A stretch of 64,000 nucleotides of DNA from Lama glama (lineage: Eukaryota). Position 1 is the first letter of the stretch. The number at the start of each line of letters is the position of its first letter. The notes beneath the pieces are model-generated. The model was given only the letters and a program-made list of their open reading frames with translations. It searched no databases and was not told the origin of the DNA. This document shows, one piece after another, positions 42,601 to 57,600 of this stretch. The DNA lies in contig CM052818.1 of assembly GCA_028534125.1 (NCBI GenBank), positions 45,882,001 to 45,946,000 of the forward strand, read 5' to 3'. The position numbers and the translations under genes are program-made.

Positions 42601-45600
42601 GACAAGGGAAAAATGAATACATTAATGACTTTGGCGTATCTTCTATTTAATGAGAAATTCTTATATTCAACACCATAATTCATTCATTAACTATAAAACC
42701 CTGTAGATTATCTTGAAAACTGTAAAAGCTATCTACATAATAGGTTCTTCTAATAGTTTTGTTTTCAATTTTACCTTATAAACATACTCTATATTTTAGC
42801 TCTTTAACAACACCAATGCATGCTTGTGTGTAACTATTAATAACCATTTGCCAACATACAGGTCATCTGTTCATCTTCTCGCTTAAAAATGAAAAATACT
42901 TCACACTACTCAGGTACTTAAATGTCACTTTTCATCTTCAAAGCATTTTGCTCACACTAGATAATTAATTTTATAAGACCCCATGTAAGATAAAGAGTAT
43001 TATTTCCACTATGTAAATAAGGAGACCAAGGAGATGAATTATTAGACCAGGGAATATTAAATTTCAGAGTCAGAACTCAACCACCCAATCTTTCCCTTCC
43101 TTAATTTAAGGCTCCTTGTAAAATTCAAAATACCCAAAGGCTGTCCCCTAGTTCACACAGATAATCAGCAGAAGCATCATCATACGAGAGGCCCACTTAC
43201 CTCAAAAGATCTGACAGAGTAACTGTCTCTCTCTGCCAAAGTAAGGACAGATAGCAGAAAGCAAGCGTCCTTGGCATAGACATCTTCACAATCCCTTTCT
43301 CCTTTCGTAGAGAATATTCAACTCCATCAAGAGATCCAGAACAGATAGATGCCATTTCTTAAGGGACAAATGGAGATTTTTTTTAAGTGCAAACAACTAT
43401 TTTGGTTAACAAAAGAAAAAAAACAGCAAAATCCAAAGAGGTATTTTTAAATATCTTAAGTTACTGATATAATCTTTACAAAGAGCAGTTTGGCAATAAA
43501 GAGCAATGATGATTTAGAAGAAAACTGGCCAAAAAGCTCACTGCTGGTTCTTTGTGGCAGTGGGATGAGCTGAGACTCCAAGGAGGGATTTGTCGTTTGA
43601 ATTTTTCATAGTGAACAAGAACAATTTTTGAAAGAAATAAAAGGATAAACGATTACAAAGCAAAGCAAAAATGTGTAATTCCTTTGAGTCACACCTCAAC
43701 TCACACCTTCTCTGAGATGTTCTCCAAACTCTGGCTAAGGCGGCCTGTCCCACTCCCATCCTCTAGGCATCCTCCCCCGCCCCCCGGGCGTGATTTCATC
43801 CTCAACTCATTCATTCCACAAATACTTATCCATCTCATTCTTTGTGACACTCTTCTAGGTCTGGGGAAATGACAGTGTACAATATCTCATCTCTCTTAAA
43901 ACTTGTGTACTAGTAATGGGAGACAGCCAGTAAATAAACCTATATACATACACATATATACAATTAACAGATATTTGTAAGTGCAACACAGAGAAACAGC
44001 AACACAGGGGCATACAAAATGATGGGACGGGAAGAGACGTGCTATTTAACATGGGTGGTCAGAGAAGCCTCTTTGGGAAGGTGACATCTGAGCAGAGACC
44101 TGAATGAATTCAAAGAGTAAGTCTCGAGGACCAGGGGAAGAACACCAAGTGCATCAGCAGAGTCAACCTGAAGGAACAGCAAGGAAGCCAGTGTGGCAAG
44201 AGCATCACAGATGGAGGGAAGGTGGTAGGAGACGACAGGTGAGAATAAGAAACCGTATTATTAAAGGGCTTTGTCGGTCATGGTTTGTACTTTGGATTTT
44301 ATTCTAAGTATGATAAGAACAGCTGGAGAGTTTTGAACAGAGGAGCAACATGATCTCATTTATGTTTTTTAAAAGGCTACTCTGGCTGCAATGAAGAATG
44401 GAGTTCTGGGACGGCACACAGGAGACCACTATTCCACAATGAAGGGCACTTGTACTGGAGTGGCAGCACTGCAGATGGTGACAAGTGGCTGGATTCTGGA
44501 CATATTTTGAAGGCAGAGTCAAAAGAATTTGCTGCTGGATTGGATGTGAAGTATGAGAAAAAGAAAAGAAAAGTAGGATTCTAAGGTTTTGGGCTTGAGC
44601 AACAAGGAGAATGGAGATGTCATTTCGTGAGACAAGGAAGATGGCGAAAGAGCAGGTTTGACAAGAGAAATCAAGATATCAGAGTTGCACATGTTAAATG
44701 TAAGATTTTATTAAACATACAAATGGAAATGTTGAGTAGGCAGCTGGATATAAAAATCCTATAGTTCAGAGGGGAGCTGGGCAAGAGAGAGGAGTTTTAG
44801 AGTCATCAGGATAGAGCTGGTGCTTAAAGCCAGGAGTGAGGGTAGACAGAAGAGCAGGACTAGGAATGGCCCTGAGACTGCAAGCTTTCTTGGGCAACAA
44901 CTCTCCAAATTATCCCTCAAAATCCCCTTTCCAAACCCTGTAAATCCTTTCTAGCATTCATCGGTAACTGAACTTTTCTTTTTCAAGTGTGCATTTAATG
45001 TCCAGCTCCTCCTACTGCAATCTAAGCACCCTGAAGACAGAGAGTCTTGCTCACCACTGCGTCCCGGGTACTCAGAACAGCCTCCAGCACAGAGGAGGAG
45101 TCCAATAAATACTTGGTGACAAGTGGTCTAACTGTTCTACTTCTAAGATTTCATCCTGATGAAGTGATTTTTAAAACATGCAAAGATTTAGGGTCAGGGT
45201 ATGCTGTAGCAACACTGTGATATGAAAAAAGCTGAAAACAACCTAAGTGACTGAAATGGAAATTTAATTAAGTAACTCTGTGCAATGAAACAGTGTGTAA
45301 CAATTTACACAATGAGATCAGTAGCTCTCAAAGTACAGTCCCTGCACCAGGTGTATTAGCGTTGCCTAAGAACTTATCAGAAATGCAAACTCCTGCACCT
45401 AGCAGTCCGTGGTCTAACAAGCCCTCCAGGCGACTCTGATGGATGCTGAAGTCTGAAGACTGCTGTTTTAAAAGGCTATGCAAACCCACAGATTTCAATA
45501 AAATATTATTTTAAAAATTCTATATGTATTATATAAATAACAAGACGTAGGGACTTGCAGTTAAGACGGCAGACTGAAAACATACATGAGCCTCTGTTCT

Positions 45601-48600
45601 GTCCCACTACAATCACAAAGAAATTTCTTAAAGATATAAATGCAAGAACAAACAATGTGGAAAAGGAGACACCCGCAATAAAATTCTAAAAGCTGGAAAG
45701 CAAATGGACAGGTGATTATTATTGTCTTAGCAGTTCTAAGAAAGCTGGGTTCAAAGCCAGCAACAGGGAAAGCCAGAAATCAACCTAACTCTCCCCTGGG
45801 GACCTCTAAGGAAGGCTCAGGAATTGGTTAAACCAGGTACCCCTGGAAATTGAGTGAAGGAGGACTAACACCAGGAGGACTGCTTGAAAGTCTGGTTAAG
45901 AAATTAGATGCCCAGACTCCTCCTCAAATTCTCCCCAATCTTGGTACAAAATTGGAAATTTCTCCTCTAGAGATGGTAAAACAAAGGGTTCTCTGGAATA
46001 GGACATGTCAGTCACATACACAGTTGATGGTAGGGGCATTTTATTGAAAATAAGAGAATTAAGTTAAAGTTACATATTGAATATTGAGCCATTTCCCTAC
46101 TCCCCTGAGGCCTTCTTCCCACCCAGGTCCCAGAACAGCCAGGATTATACTCTACTAATAAAAGACACAGAGATTTTTCTGGAAAATTTGATCAGCTCAG
46201 GGAGAAAAGATTTAAAGATGCTGGAGGTTCACTAAGAAAAACCAGCTAGATCACCCTCTAGTAGAGCAGAGCTGAGAAGATTCACCATGGGTACAAAGCT
46301 TTCAATCAAACTTTTCAATCTCCATTCTTAAACAGGACTAGCCTTCTTAGGCTCATTAAACACCTGAAGAAATCGCTAATATAAAAAGCAGAGGCTAAAA
46401 CAAATTTTCAAATCAGCAGGGAAGAACATTAATATCCTCAGCGAAATAAAGATGCTCCAGCACAATGAAGGAGTAAACCAAGAAAGAAGATGAAGTGAGA
46501 TCAAGGACGTAAGAAATCTAACAAAAGAGAGGTGACAGACTCCTCAGGATGGTGGTAAAGAGATCCCCAAAACAGCTGGGACACAGGGGTAGAGATACAC
46601 CACTCTACACCAGAGCAGGTCAGAAGCTCCAGAAAGTCTCTTTCAGAAGATGAAACTGACAGAATATCTACGGAATTGGGAGACTTTTAGAACTGAGAGG
46701 CAGTGTGGAGATACATTAGTAATAAATCATAGATTAATAATAAATAGAAAACCAAACAAATAACAAGACAACTCTCTGTGTCACTGTGCAGTCCAACAAG
46801 AAGTGCGAATATGCTCATAAAACGAATTTTTAATCTTTGGAGGGCAAGGCGCTTGCAAAGAAGCAGTCCATACAAGAAATGTTTTGTTGAAAATTTCATA
46901 TAACCAGACTTGACACAGATTTCAACAATCCCAAACACCAGAGGGTTTGGAAGCTATCTCCCAAAGAACTCTAACAGCACACATCAGATTCTAGCAATCT
47001 ATAATAAAAGTTTGGTCTGCTCTTTGAGCTCTGTTTACCACCATGTTTTGTTTTTTTAAAGGAGTATGGAAACAACTAAAATCATGAATAAATGCTTTGA
47101 GGAGAAGGTCTATACCTGTAACCTTTAAACTATTCCTTATCTATTTTAAATTATGGAATTAAATCGGAAAGTAAGACACACATACATACATACACACATA
47201 ATAAGGTAAGCTTTTATCAGCTTGCATTAGTTTATGCTGAGAAAATAGGCGTATTATCTTTGACTCTTGCCTGTCTTACCACAGGGCTAAGTTCTATCAT
47301 TTCTCAGCTGCAGCTTTTCTCTGAAAACTCTGAGCGTATTACACCTGCCCTTACTGAGCTAGCCTCCTTCTCTCTGAATCTCCTTACTGTACATCTCCCT
47401 TGAAAAACCACACCCAAAAAGTCATATGGAGACAATGTACCTTTTAAAAAATTGCACTAGGATTTCATTTAGTTTACCTTTCTCCTTGCCATATGATTCA
47501 ACAAGTCGTTCTTCCTTGCTAGGCCAAGTTCCCTTTCTTGGAATATGAAAAGAGTGGACTACATTATTTGTAAGAGGCATTGCCAGCCTTAAAATTCTAG
47601 GTAGTCTGATTCTCATTTTTACCTGATTGTGGTGCTTTGACGATGGAGAAAGGCTTTCGAGCATGGCCATCAGGCTGCGACTCTGCTCCACTTTCAACAA
47701 AAGAAGGACAGCTGAAGTCACTCAGCAGCTCAGGGGCGCTATCGCAGTCCGAATGACTTGGATTATCTTCTAATACCTAATTTGTAAAATAATATAAATT
47801 ATTATTGCATGGGAAACGACAACACAATTAATTTCCACAAACTTGAACAACTCCTGAGCATCACAAACACCAGGAAAGAAATCACTCTAGACACCTGTGT
47901 CTGCCCCGTCCCTGAGACCAAAAGACCTTGACTTCTGCCAGGGCTCCCCAGCAGCTCCTGGCAATGCTCCTCGGAGAGGGGTTCCACGCAAGTGGGAGCG
48001 AGGAGGCAGCAGCCATACCAGGCCTCCTTCTCCCTGTAACTAACAGCGCTCTTGCATCTACACTAATCTACACTAACAAAAACATCAAGTGTCAATAATG
48101 ACCCCAGGTACACTGAGGCTGGACAGGGACTATCTCTCACCATTGTTTAATTTTTCACACACATGTGGCTGAAATGGTGGTCAGAGCGGCCCTAAGGAAG
48201 GTCAGCTGGCTGGCCACCTAAAGGCCTCATTAACTGACCACATTACCACCTTGGGGAACTACCACAATCAAAAAACCACACTCTCAGCCATGCAGGCCAA
48301 GAAACTTGATCTTATTATGAGGACATAAAGCTCATAATAAAGAAACTCAGAGAATGAAGCAAAAAAATCAGGGACAGGATAATGCTTGTGTCTTCTGTCA
48401 AGCACTTCCCCTCCCGACAGGCAAGCCCACGAGAGACTAGGCAACGATAAAGCTGGCTGATAAGCAGAGACTCATTGAGAAAACTGAAGCAATCCTAAGA
48501 AACTTCCACAGGCCCCTGCAGGCAACCATCCATCAGCAACTCTGCCTCACGCTCTGCCCTCGGTCGGATTCTTCCAGTGCACTAGCCAAGCTCCCGTCTA

Positions 48601-51600
48601 AAGCCAGTTCCTCCCTTGGTGCACTCAATCCCACCCCTCTCCACTCAAAGATCATCACTCACTTCTACTTCTCCGTCAAGAATGTCTCTCCTGTATCACT
48701 CCTAGCAGTACACCATCATGAATTCCACTTAAAAAAAAAAAAACTCTCCTCGACTCCAGCTACAATGCAATTTCTTTGTACTTCTTTTCAGCAAAAGTGT
48801 TGAGAGACTTGTCCAGACTTGCTCCCCACTGCTCCACTGGTCACTTTTTGGCTCTTCCTTCCTGACCCAGAGGCAGCATTTCTCACAGATGATCACTGCC
48901 CTCTTCTTAAGACACTTTGTTCCTTAGTTTCCATAATGCCCCCCTCACTCTCTTGGCTTTCCTCCTACCTCATCAGCTGTTCCTCAGACTTCTCAGCTGG
49001 TTCCTCTTTTATCCCAGACAATTCAACCCTAGAGTGGCCCCAAGCTCAATTCTCAGTCCTCTTCTCTGGCTTCACTCCTCAGGGATGCCATCTGGTCTTG
49101 TGGTTTAAATACCATCTACTACTTTACTGTTTTCACCTCCACAATGCACACCCCCGTCTCCATATTTTGACGTCCTTGAAATCAGGATGTATCTCACAAT
49201 CAATGGCACATCACAATCTAATTTGCAACATGATTTTCTTTCTTTCTTGAGGGTACCTAACAGTGCATCGCACAAACAATGGCATTTTAGATTTGATGAT
49301 TATACTGTAAGCTGACAGCTGCCACATTTATATCTCCAGCCCAGACTTCTCCTCTCAACTGAAGACTTGTATACCTAAGCACTTGACAGTTGTTCTTGGA
49401 TGTCCAGCAGCTGCCTCAAACTTACATCCAAAATTGAACTATTAATAGTCCTGCTCTACCTGTTATTTCTAGCCTTTTTCTTCTTAGGACCTATCCTTTC
49501 ACTGCTGGGTCACTAAACTCTGCACGTGGAACCTATGAGACTCCCACCAAACAAGGAAACACTGAGCCCAGTTTCCAAGCTCTTAACAAACATGTGTCAA
49601 ATAGATTCAGAATCTCTTCTCAGGCCTGGAGAGTAAGTATCACACATCAAACACATCAAACACACTTATCAAGCCTGCACTTCTCAGCAGTAGAATCCTC
49701 CTCTACCCCAAATAAATTGACCCGTGGCATATTTATAAAGCAGTTAGAAGCAAACTGATGGTTGGGGTGCGGCGATGAAGCACCTAGATTTAGCTTTCTT
49801 CACCTAATGGCTTCTGAGAAGAGTTGGTAGCTGAGCTGAATCTTGAAGTGCCAGGTAAAGCAACAGGTGTTCCAAGCGAAAAGAATAACATGCAAAAAAG
49901 CTTCTAACAGCACCGTGACAGAAATCCCTCAAGCTCCTATTTGGAAACTTAACCACACATTTCTCTATGTTTCAACTGGTCAAATAAGAAGTCAAAATTA
50001 ATTTCAGCATCTAGGTCAGTGACCCCATCCTTCTGGAGTATAAGGGAAACTTCTTCACTGAAAATCCTCTGACAAGCACCATAAACCCAGGAAAGGTTCA
50101 ACCTCATCTTAATCTCTACCTCTTCCTAGAAATGTCTTCTGGTTCCACTTCCCAGACTTACCGCAGTTTTCCTTCCAGTGGTATAAACTGGGTTTTTACA
50201 ATATGCTTGCTTGCTCTTCTGAAGGTAGCGCTTCCAAAAATTATGCAAAACTTCATTCTAAGGTGGAAGGGAAATGAGTGGTGATTCAGGTTATGATGAC
50301 AAATACACTGGCACATCTATACTACAGAAGCTCTAATCTCTCATACTTCACATATTGCCTTCCATCTAAATGTGTTCCTACCTTTCTTATTTAATTGTCC
50401 TTAAAAAGGGTTGTCATTTCAATAGCAGGTATATGGAAAACACTGAATAAATTCTTTGAATCTTACATTTTAGGGAAGGAAGGACTAGTTGCTTAAAGTC
50501 ACCTAGTAGAATACCTTCCTTTACAAGTTAAGTAGATTAAGATTCAGAGAAAGCAAGCAACTTATATGTGACTACAGAGCTACCACTGGGTCTGGTGACC
50601 TACTGACCCTCCCACCCCAACCCAAGTGAAAGTAAAACAAAACAAACGAAACAACTTGTGCATTTGCTCATCACCCACTGGGGACAAGATATCCATGAGC
50701 TTTAACACAGCACTGCAGGATAGCTATTAACCCTCCTCTTACCACTGAAGATACTGAGTAACTCTGCCACAGTGACCCAGCCAATAAGCAGAAAAGCCAT
50801 GGACAGGATTTGGAGTCAGTTCTGATTCTGGAGCCCGTGTTCTAATCCTAATGTCATTCCTGTGCCATGAGACTGGTCAGGTCTAAATGGTTATGCTCAT
50901 TGGCTGATTTCAGAGAAACTGTCTTCAGGATTAACCCAGATGAAGCAGGTAGAAAGCTATACAGGAGTAATCCCCACTGAAGCTGTTCGGTGTAACTACC
51001 TGAAGCTATTAAAGCACCTATACGCAGGGTGACTACGCAGGAGAAACCACATTCACAAGTCCCCAGCCTGCCAGGAACCTGCTCTAATGCAGTAACCACC
51101 GTGGGTGAGACTCAGAGTCCGCTTAGGCCATACACTGGTCTAGGAGCCACTGCTCTGACCTGCTGCAGACACTGGTCTGAACAGCAGAGGCTCCTGTACG
51201 AATCTTTTCTTCGTGACCTCAGTACACATTGACCTTCCTCCCTCCTGTTTGCCCTTGTTGTTATTTATGCACCTATTTTTATAAAACTTCATGTTTACTC
51301 ATTCCATATATGCATAAAATCCTCTCTCCAGCTAAGCTGAATTGCTAAGCACTTTGTTTCCAATGATGGGCATAAAGCAACTGTATAATAACTACTTGTC
51401 TGATAACCAATTTTTTAAAGAATTCCAGAAATGGCTTCAACTAGCTGAGGGAATATGAAATCCAAATAACAGGCAGGATCCCATGGTCACCTGAGAGACG
51501 GCCAAGTCAGTGTGGCTCCTGGGCCAGGAGCATCAGGACCCCTGGGAACCTGCTAGAGATGCAGATGCTTAGGCCCTATTCCAGACCCACTTCGTCAGAA

Positions 51601-54600
51601 ACGGGGGTGCGGTCGAGCAAGCTGTGGTTTTAACAAGCCCTCCCCGTGATTCTTACACACATTCAAGTTTAAAAACCACTGGTTTAATGTCTCACTCCCC
51701 GAAGTGCATTCTCTAGAACTCAGGTCCTCATGGATGCTACACACACATACACACACAAAGGGTGTTCTTCTCCAACATTGTATACCACGTCCCCTTAAAA
51801 GTTAAAGAACATTAACCCATAAAAGGCACCAAGGAGTGGGCAAAGTTATTTGTTTTATTTTAACCCAATGTTTCCTAAGTATCTGAAGACCAAAACCTTT
51901 CTTATCTATCTTTTGGATGTATTGCTTATTTACATCCTGTAGAACACACTTCGGGAATTGCTGGCCTAGTAAAAGGATTAAAGCAAAGTCATTTGGAAAA
52001 TGATTCTTCCAGTAGGTCTCGTTATTACTGACAGCCCTACTATTCTCCTCAGTCTTACTCTAAACCTACTGTTCTTCAAACAACAAAATGTGAAGCTGAC
52101 ACCCAGGTACAAATGGACTTACCTTTAACTCTGGGCCTACTCCAAGGGTCTGTAAGGCGTCTGCTTGTTGACAAAGTATGTGCTGGAAACCTTCGCACAC
52201 ATACCAATCCCAGCCTTTCTCTAAGTGACAAATGACATGTTTCAGATGTTAGCATTCCTAACTTACTAACTATAAGGCTGCTACATGGTTACAATTGTGT
52301 TTTCCACACTACAACTGAAATTTTTTCCTACCCAAGTAGGGTTTCCATTCTTACATTCTCTTGCTTCCAGTCTGGGGAATCTATACCCAAATGCTAAAGC
52401 TAAACATGACTTTAATAACTGATCAGATTTTAAATAGCATAAATAACCTGTAATTTTTCTGAAATATTAATGTGTGAGGCAGAAAAATGAATAATCATCA
52501 TGTTAAAAAAATGAACTAAGTTTTATGAATGTATACTGAACTGAACAAAGCCCAGCAGAACCCTAAATGAAAGGCTACTCAACACACAGCCACTGGGTCC
52601 ACCGCTCCTCTGTTCCAAATCACAAGACAGGGAACAACGAGTATGTGGAGAATGAATGAACACAAGCCAAGATGGGAAGCTCCAGGACTGCAGGAAAGGG
52701 CAGTAAGAAAAGAAAGAAAGAGAGAAAGAGAGAAAGGAAGGGAGGAAGGGAGGGAGGGAGGGAGGGAGGGAGGAAGGAAGAAAAGAAAGGAAGGAAGAAA
52801 GGAAGAAAGAAGGAAAGAAAGAAAGGAAGAAAGAAGGAAAGAAAGAAAAAAAGAGAGGGAGAGAGGGAGAGAGGGAGGGAGGGAAGAAGGAAGGAAGGAA
52901 GAAAGAAAACTGTACAGCAGCATTCTCCTTTTCTCAAGATGGTTCCAGGCTACAGGGTGAAGCTGAAAGCTGGAAAACTAAGATTCACTGAGCTTTGCCT
53001 GGTTACTAGGTGTCTGCTGGGTATTTTTAGTAGGTTATTTTCTTCAATCCTCAGAACAACCCTAAGAGATTGGGAAGAGATCTGCCACTATAAAAGATAG
53101 AACTACATGATTAAATAAAACTAGCAGTTAAAGAAAATGTTAAAATCTGTTAAGACCCTTATGTTTTACTTCTCCCTGATGGACAAATACTGTCACTCTT
53201 TGAAAAGTATGTTATCAGCACTTTTTGCACACAGCTTCTGAAGTCTGTTACTATGACTCCAAGATGCCCTCTCCCCAGCAGAAGGTCTCAGGGACTCCTG
53301 TTCCCCTCCCTCACCTCAGTGTCACAAGGTCTCCCCACCCTGATGACTAACTCCGTTTCTGTAAAGGGTCTCAGGTTGTATATGAGTAAAACAGAAAGCC
53401 TGTAATTCTGATGCATTCCAAAGGTGAGGGGGTTTAAACTCTTCAAGCTGTATCCGTGTCTGCTCGCTTCTTCCCACACACTATTCTGACAAACTGATAA
53501 AGTCATATTTTAAATTCTGAGTTTGGGTTCCGACTCTATATAACAAACAGTATTACACTCTCACTTTATAGATGAAGACACTAAGGGCAAAGAGGTTGAA
53601 TATAAGACCTGACATCTAATTTGAAGGACCTACAGTTCCTTCGGCAATTCAAGTTTAAATGATACACATTAATTATTTAGATAGGTCAAGTCCAAATTAA
53701 TCAGGTCTTACGCTAACAAAATGTAATTAATCAGGTTTTAGCCCAATAAAAACAGTCATTACTAAAGGTTAAACAGAAACACGAGCTAGCCTTTAAGCAT
53801 TTTCTCTGTTATTCTAAGAATGCCAATGTACTTCATATAGAAATTTCATCAACATTTCATACACAGTTCCTGTGGGTATCCTTAAAGTTACCTCATGTAG
53901 AAGAGTCCACATTATCATTAGCCTGGTTTCAAGCTTGGGAATCTGGCCCTAGGCAACCAGTCACAGAAATAAAAGCACCAGCTAAACTTTACCTCAGATT
54001 CTTCTCAATAATGGTTAATTATATGTACTCATTAGATTAATGAAATAGATTACCTTTCAAAGCACACCCATGCTGAGGTTACTTTAAAGGAAAACAATTT
54101 CCCCTATTTTAAAAGGGTGTGTTCAGAATTCAGTGTGAGAAATGGATTTCTGAAAGTTGAATATCATGTTTAACTCACCTCGCCTGACAGCTCCATAGTT
54201 GAATCATTTCAGAAAATAAGCATTTTTTTAAAAGCACAGAAAATCATATAATGACAGATACAGAACAGAAAAACATATGCCAACAGATAAAAAGGAAATA
54301 TGCTCCCTTTGCTATTGCCTTTTGCATAATAGTTGCTCCACTGGAAAATCAAGTCATTAACAACAAGCAGAATAAAAAATGGACATGCTTTAAGACATCT
54401 GCTTCCAATTTTACCATCAATAACTACCCACTTTAATTCTACTTTGGATTACCTGCTTGAAATTCTGACAACTTCTCTAGAATCTATTTAAAATTCTATT
54501 GCACATCCCCAAATCAGGAAAGTGAAAATATAACTGAAAAATGCTAAGTACATATGAAGAAAGTGCTTACCAAGTTTTTGTTTTCTTTTAAGCCCCCGGT

Positions 54601-57600
54601 TGATGGCTTGTATTTTAGTATTAGGAATAGCCTCAGTGTTTACAACTTCCTTAGATCTCTGAAGGAAACAGAAACAGACCATTGAAAGATAGTTTTACAT
54701 CTCCCTAAATACATTTCCAAGCATGCTCTGGGAATTATAATGGTCTAAATTGTGAATAGCAGGACTAATAATGGTAATGTTTGGGGAAAATTATATCAAC
54801 TGTAACATTCTGGTTAACCTTTATGTTGCTTTCTGAGTTAAGACTTCTCAGTACCTAACCTGTGTCTGTATCATAGTAAGCACTAAATAAATGTTTGTCA
54901 AATGAATAAACTGTTACTTTAAATTAATTTTTAATTGTTTCAAACCACAAACCTAAAGTCAAATTTATTCAATTTTTTTCTCCATCCAAAACATACTTTG
55001 AAATTAATATAATTTCCATATTTACTGTAGTCAGTAATGCCTAAGCTACACACACATCAGTTTCATCCTACTTTTCTATGTGTTTGAATAATACTCTAAA
55101 ATAGCTTCATTTATGAAATTATAAAAGTACGACTTTTTATTCTTAGTCAAACCTATAGGATTTGAGATTGATTAAACGGTGAGTACAATTCATCCCAAAG
55201 TCTTCAATTCTAAGCGCTCTCAAAGGCTGGTACCAAAGATTCTAGTTCTCTCACAAGCAAAATATAAAAGCATTAAATGATGGAGAAAAGATGAAGATTT
55301 TTAACCAACAAGGAACATTTATATGTTAGTCTAAATTTAGAGATTTGGAATGAAATTTATCTTCAACTTTCATTAAAAATAAAAGAAATGTCTCTAACAA
55401 CAGGATTTTTGGAATGTATTCGCTCTAGTCTCTGAAACCACATTCAAAGCAGTTCTGGTGGACTGGCTTGGCCATACTGAGAACATAAGACATGCCAGAA
55501 TACACACAAAAGCAGTTACCCCACAAAGACAGGTAAAACCTATAAAGAATAGGCAGGAAAAGAAAGGCTTAAAATCTGGATTAGATAAAATGTGAAACAA
55601 CTAAAAGCTAGAGAAAGCTAAATATCCAAACTGGAGCTATAATTCATTAAATTACTGAATGGTTACATCGTGGAATATTTATACAGTCAATTAACAGGTC
55701 CACAAATGTTTAGAATAACACAGGGAAATTATTTATTAAGACAGAAGATTCAGCAGTACTCACTCACATCCCCTTGACCTTCTCATACACAGAAAAAAAG
55801 GAAAAAAAAGGATTAAATGGAAGCTATTGAGATGTGTATTGAGATCACCGGTGATTCTAGCTTTCATCTTCATAATTTCCTAATTTTCTAGATAAATTTG
55901 CTCTTACGATTATAAAAATCTATTAAACTCATATAATTCTGGCCTACTCCTTTATTAAATACCCATGGAATGCTTGCAAGAATGTCTATAATATAAATTG
56001 GCCAGATTTAAGACCTGAAAAACTTTTTTCCTGTATAAAATCTACCAAGATAACATCCTAATTCCTTTATCAGTTCAGGAGGTCTTTTCCAGACTGTGGA
56101 GAGGATCTAGAACATGAGAATTATATACAGAGTAAGTGCAAGGGCAGTGAAAGGAGCAGAAAATTAGGGAAAGTTGTATCATGACTTCTACTCTTTGAAG
56201 GTGTAACTGCCCCCCGCCGGCTGGACTTCAGCACCGCCACACCTAGCCGCCACACCAGGCCACCACATGCCAGGCAGCACCAATCATGCCGTATTCTCTA
56301 TGAAGAAATGCCTGCCTGCCACAGAGCCAGGAGAACCACTGAGGTTGTGCAACACACAGCTTTGCCTATCACGGGGGAGGCACTGGGATAGCTTCTTGGC
56401 CTAAATAAAGATGTTGCCCACCCTCAAGAATGCTACATTTTTTTTTTAATTGAAGTGCAGTCAGTTATAATGTGTCAGTCTCTGGTGTACAGCACAATGT
56501 CCCAGTCCTGCATATACGTACATATATTCGTTTCACAAGGAATGCTACATTCTCGACAAATTATTCCATGTGGGCTGATATCTTTCAAATGTGGAAATAG
56601 TTGTATTAGGATCTTTCAGGTTAAAAAATGACTGCAGCAGATTCTATCTGACAGAAACGAACAGAAACACTACCAAAGACAGAAAGAAAAGAAGTGATTA
56701 GTTTCTAAGTGAAGTTAGAAGTTAATGTAGTTTAATTTCTACAGAAATAGTGTGCTGACTTCATCTGATAATGGTGAAGAGTCCATTTAGACACACTCTT
56801 CCTTCACTGTGTTTAAACTGCACTGCTGGTACAAAAGCAAAAACTGCTGATGTCTCAACATGCATCAAAGCAGAAAGGATCAAAGTGCACATATTTAAAG
56901 TGTACAATGTGATGTGTGTGTATGTGTATATGTGTATCCACAAAACCATCAGCACAGTCAAGGTAATGAACATATCCACTACCCCAACAATTTCATCGAG
57001 TGAGTACGTATTAGTATTCTGTGAGACTGAATGGGAAGTAGACATAAGAACTTCCACTGCAGACTGAAGAACAATGAAAAGCTCTTGTGTGATCAAGTTG
57101 CAATCTAAATTAACTACTTTTCTTAAGAAAAAAAATTTCTTTTTATTTTTTCGTGTATTTTCTCCAGGTTTTTAGTTCTCTATGGTAGATTCCTGTTACT
57201 CCATCCTGACCAGAAGTTCACAAAGTTACTTTTATTTGTTCCAAATTCACCTGTCTTATGTCTTTATGGCAAAGGTAATACAGTTGTTCCTTCCTGGCTC
57301 TGTAGACTTTGAGCAAACGCTTTTCTAGAGAGAAGAGTCCTGGCATGTTAGGCTTGTCCAGTAGCAGGTTATCCACACCCTTGCTTATTTTGGTGATACT
57401 GCCCTGAAGGTGTGGTAACCAGAACAGGACCGAGCACTCCCAGTGTGACGGCAGCCTCATTTACCAAGGATCCACAGGACAGTATGCCAATCTCTATCCT
57501 AAGAGGCAGGTGTGGTGGAGGAAGATGAACACAAGTCAGAAGACTGAGGTTCACGTCCTGGCTCAATACTTTCTATGTGTGTGACTTTGGCAAACTCACT

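Noticed and set aside
52579..53100. Four overlapping 105-142 aa ORFs rich in K/E/R/G or S/L/F/P
   Set aside because: They are translations of the polypurine simple repeat, which has no stop codons
54050..54460. Several minus-strand donor-like motifs in intron 3 (e.g. GAG|GTGAGT near 54178)
   Set aside because: No convincing paired acceptor, and exons 3 and 4 already join in frame
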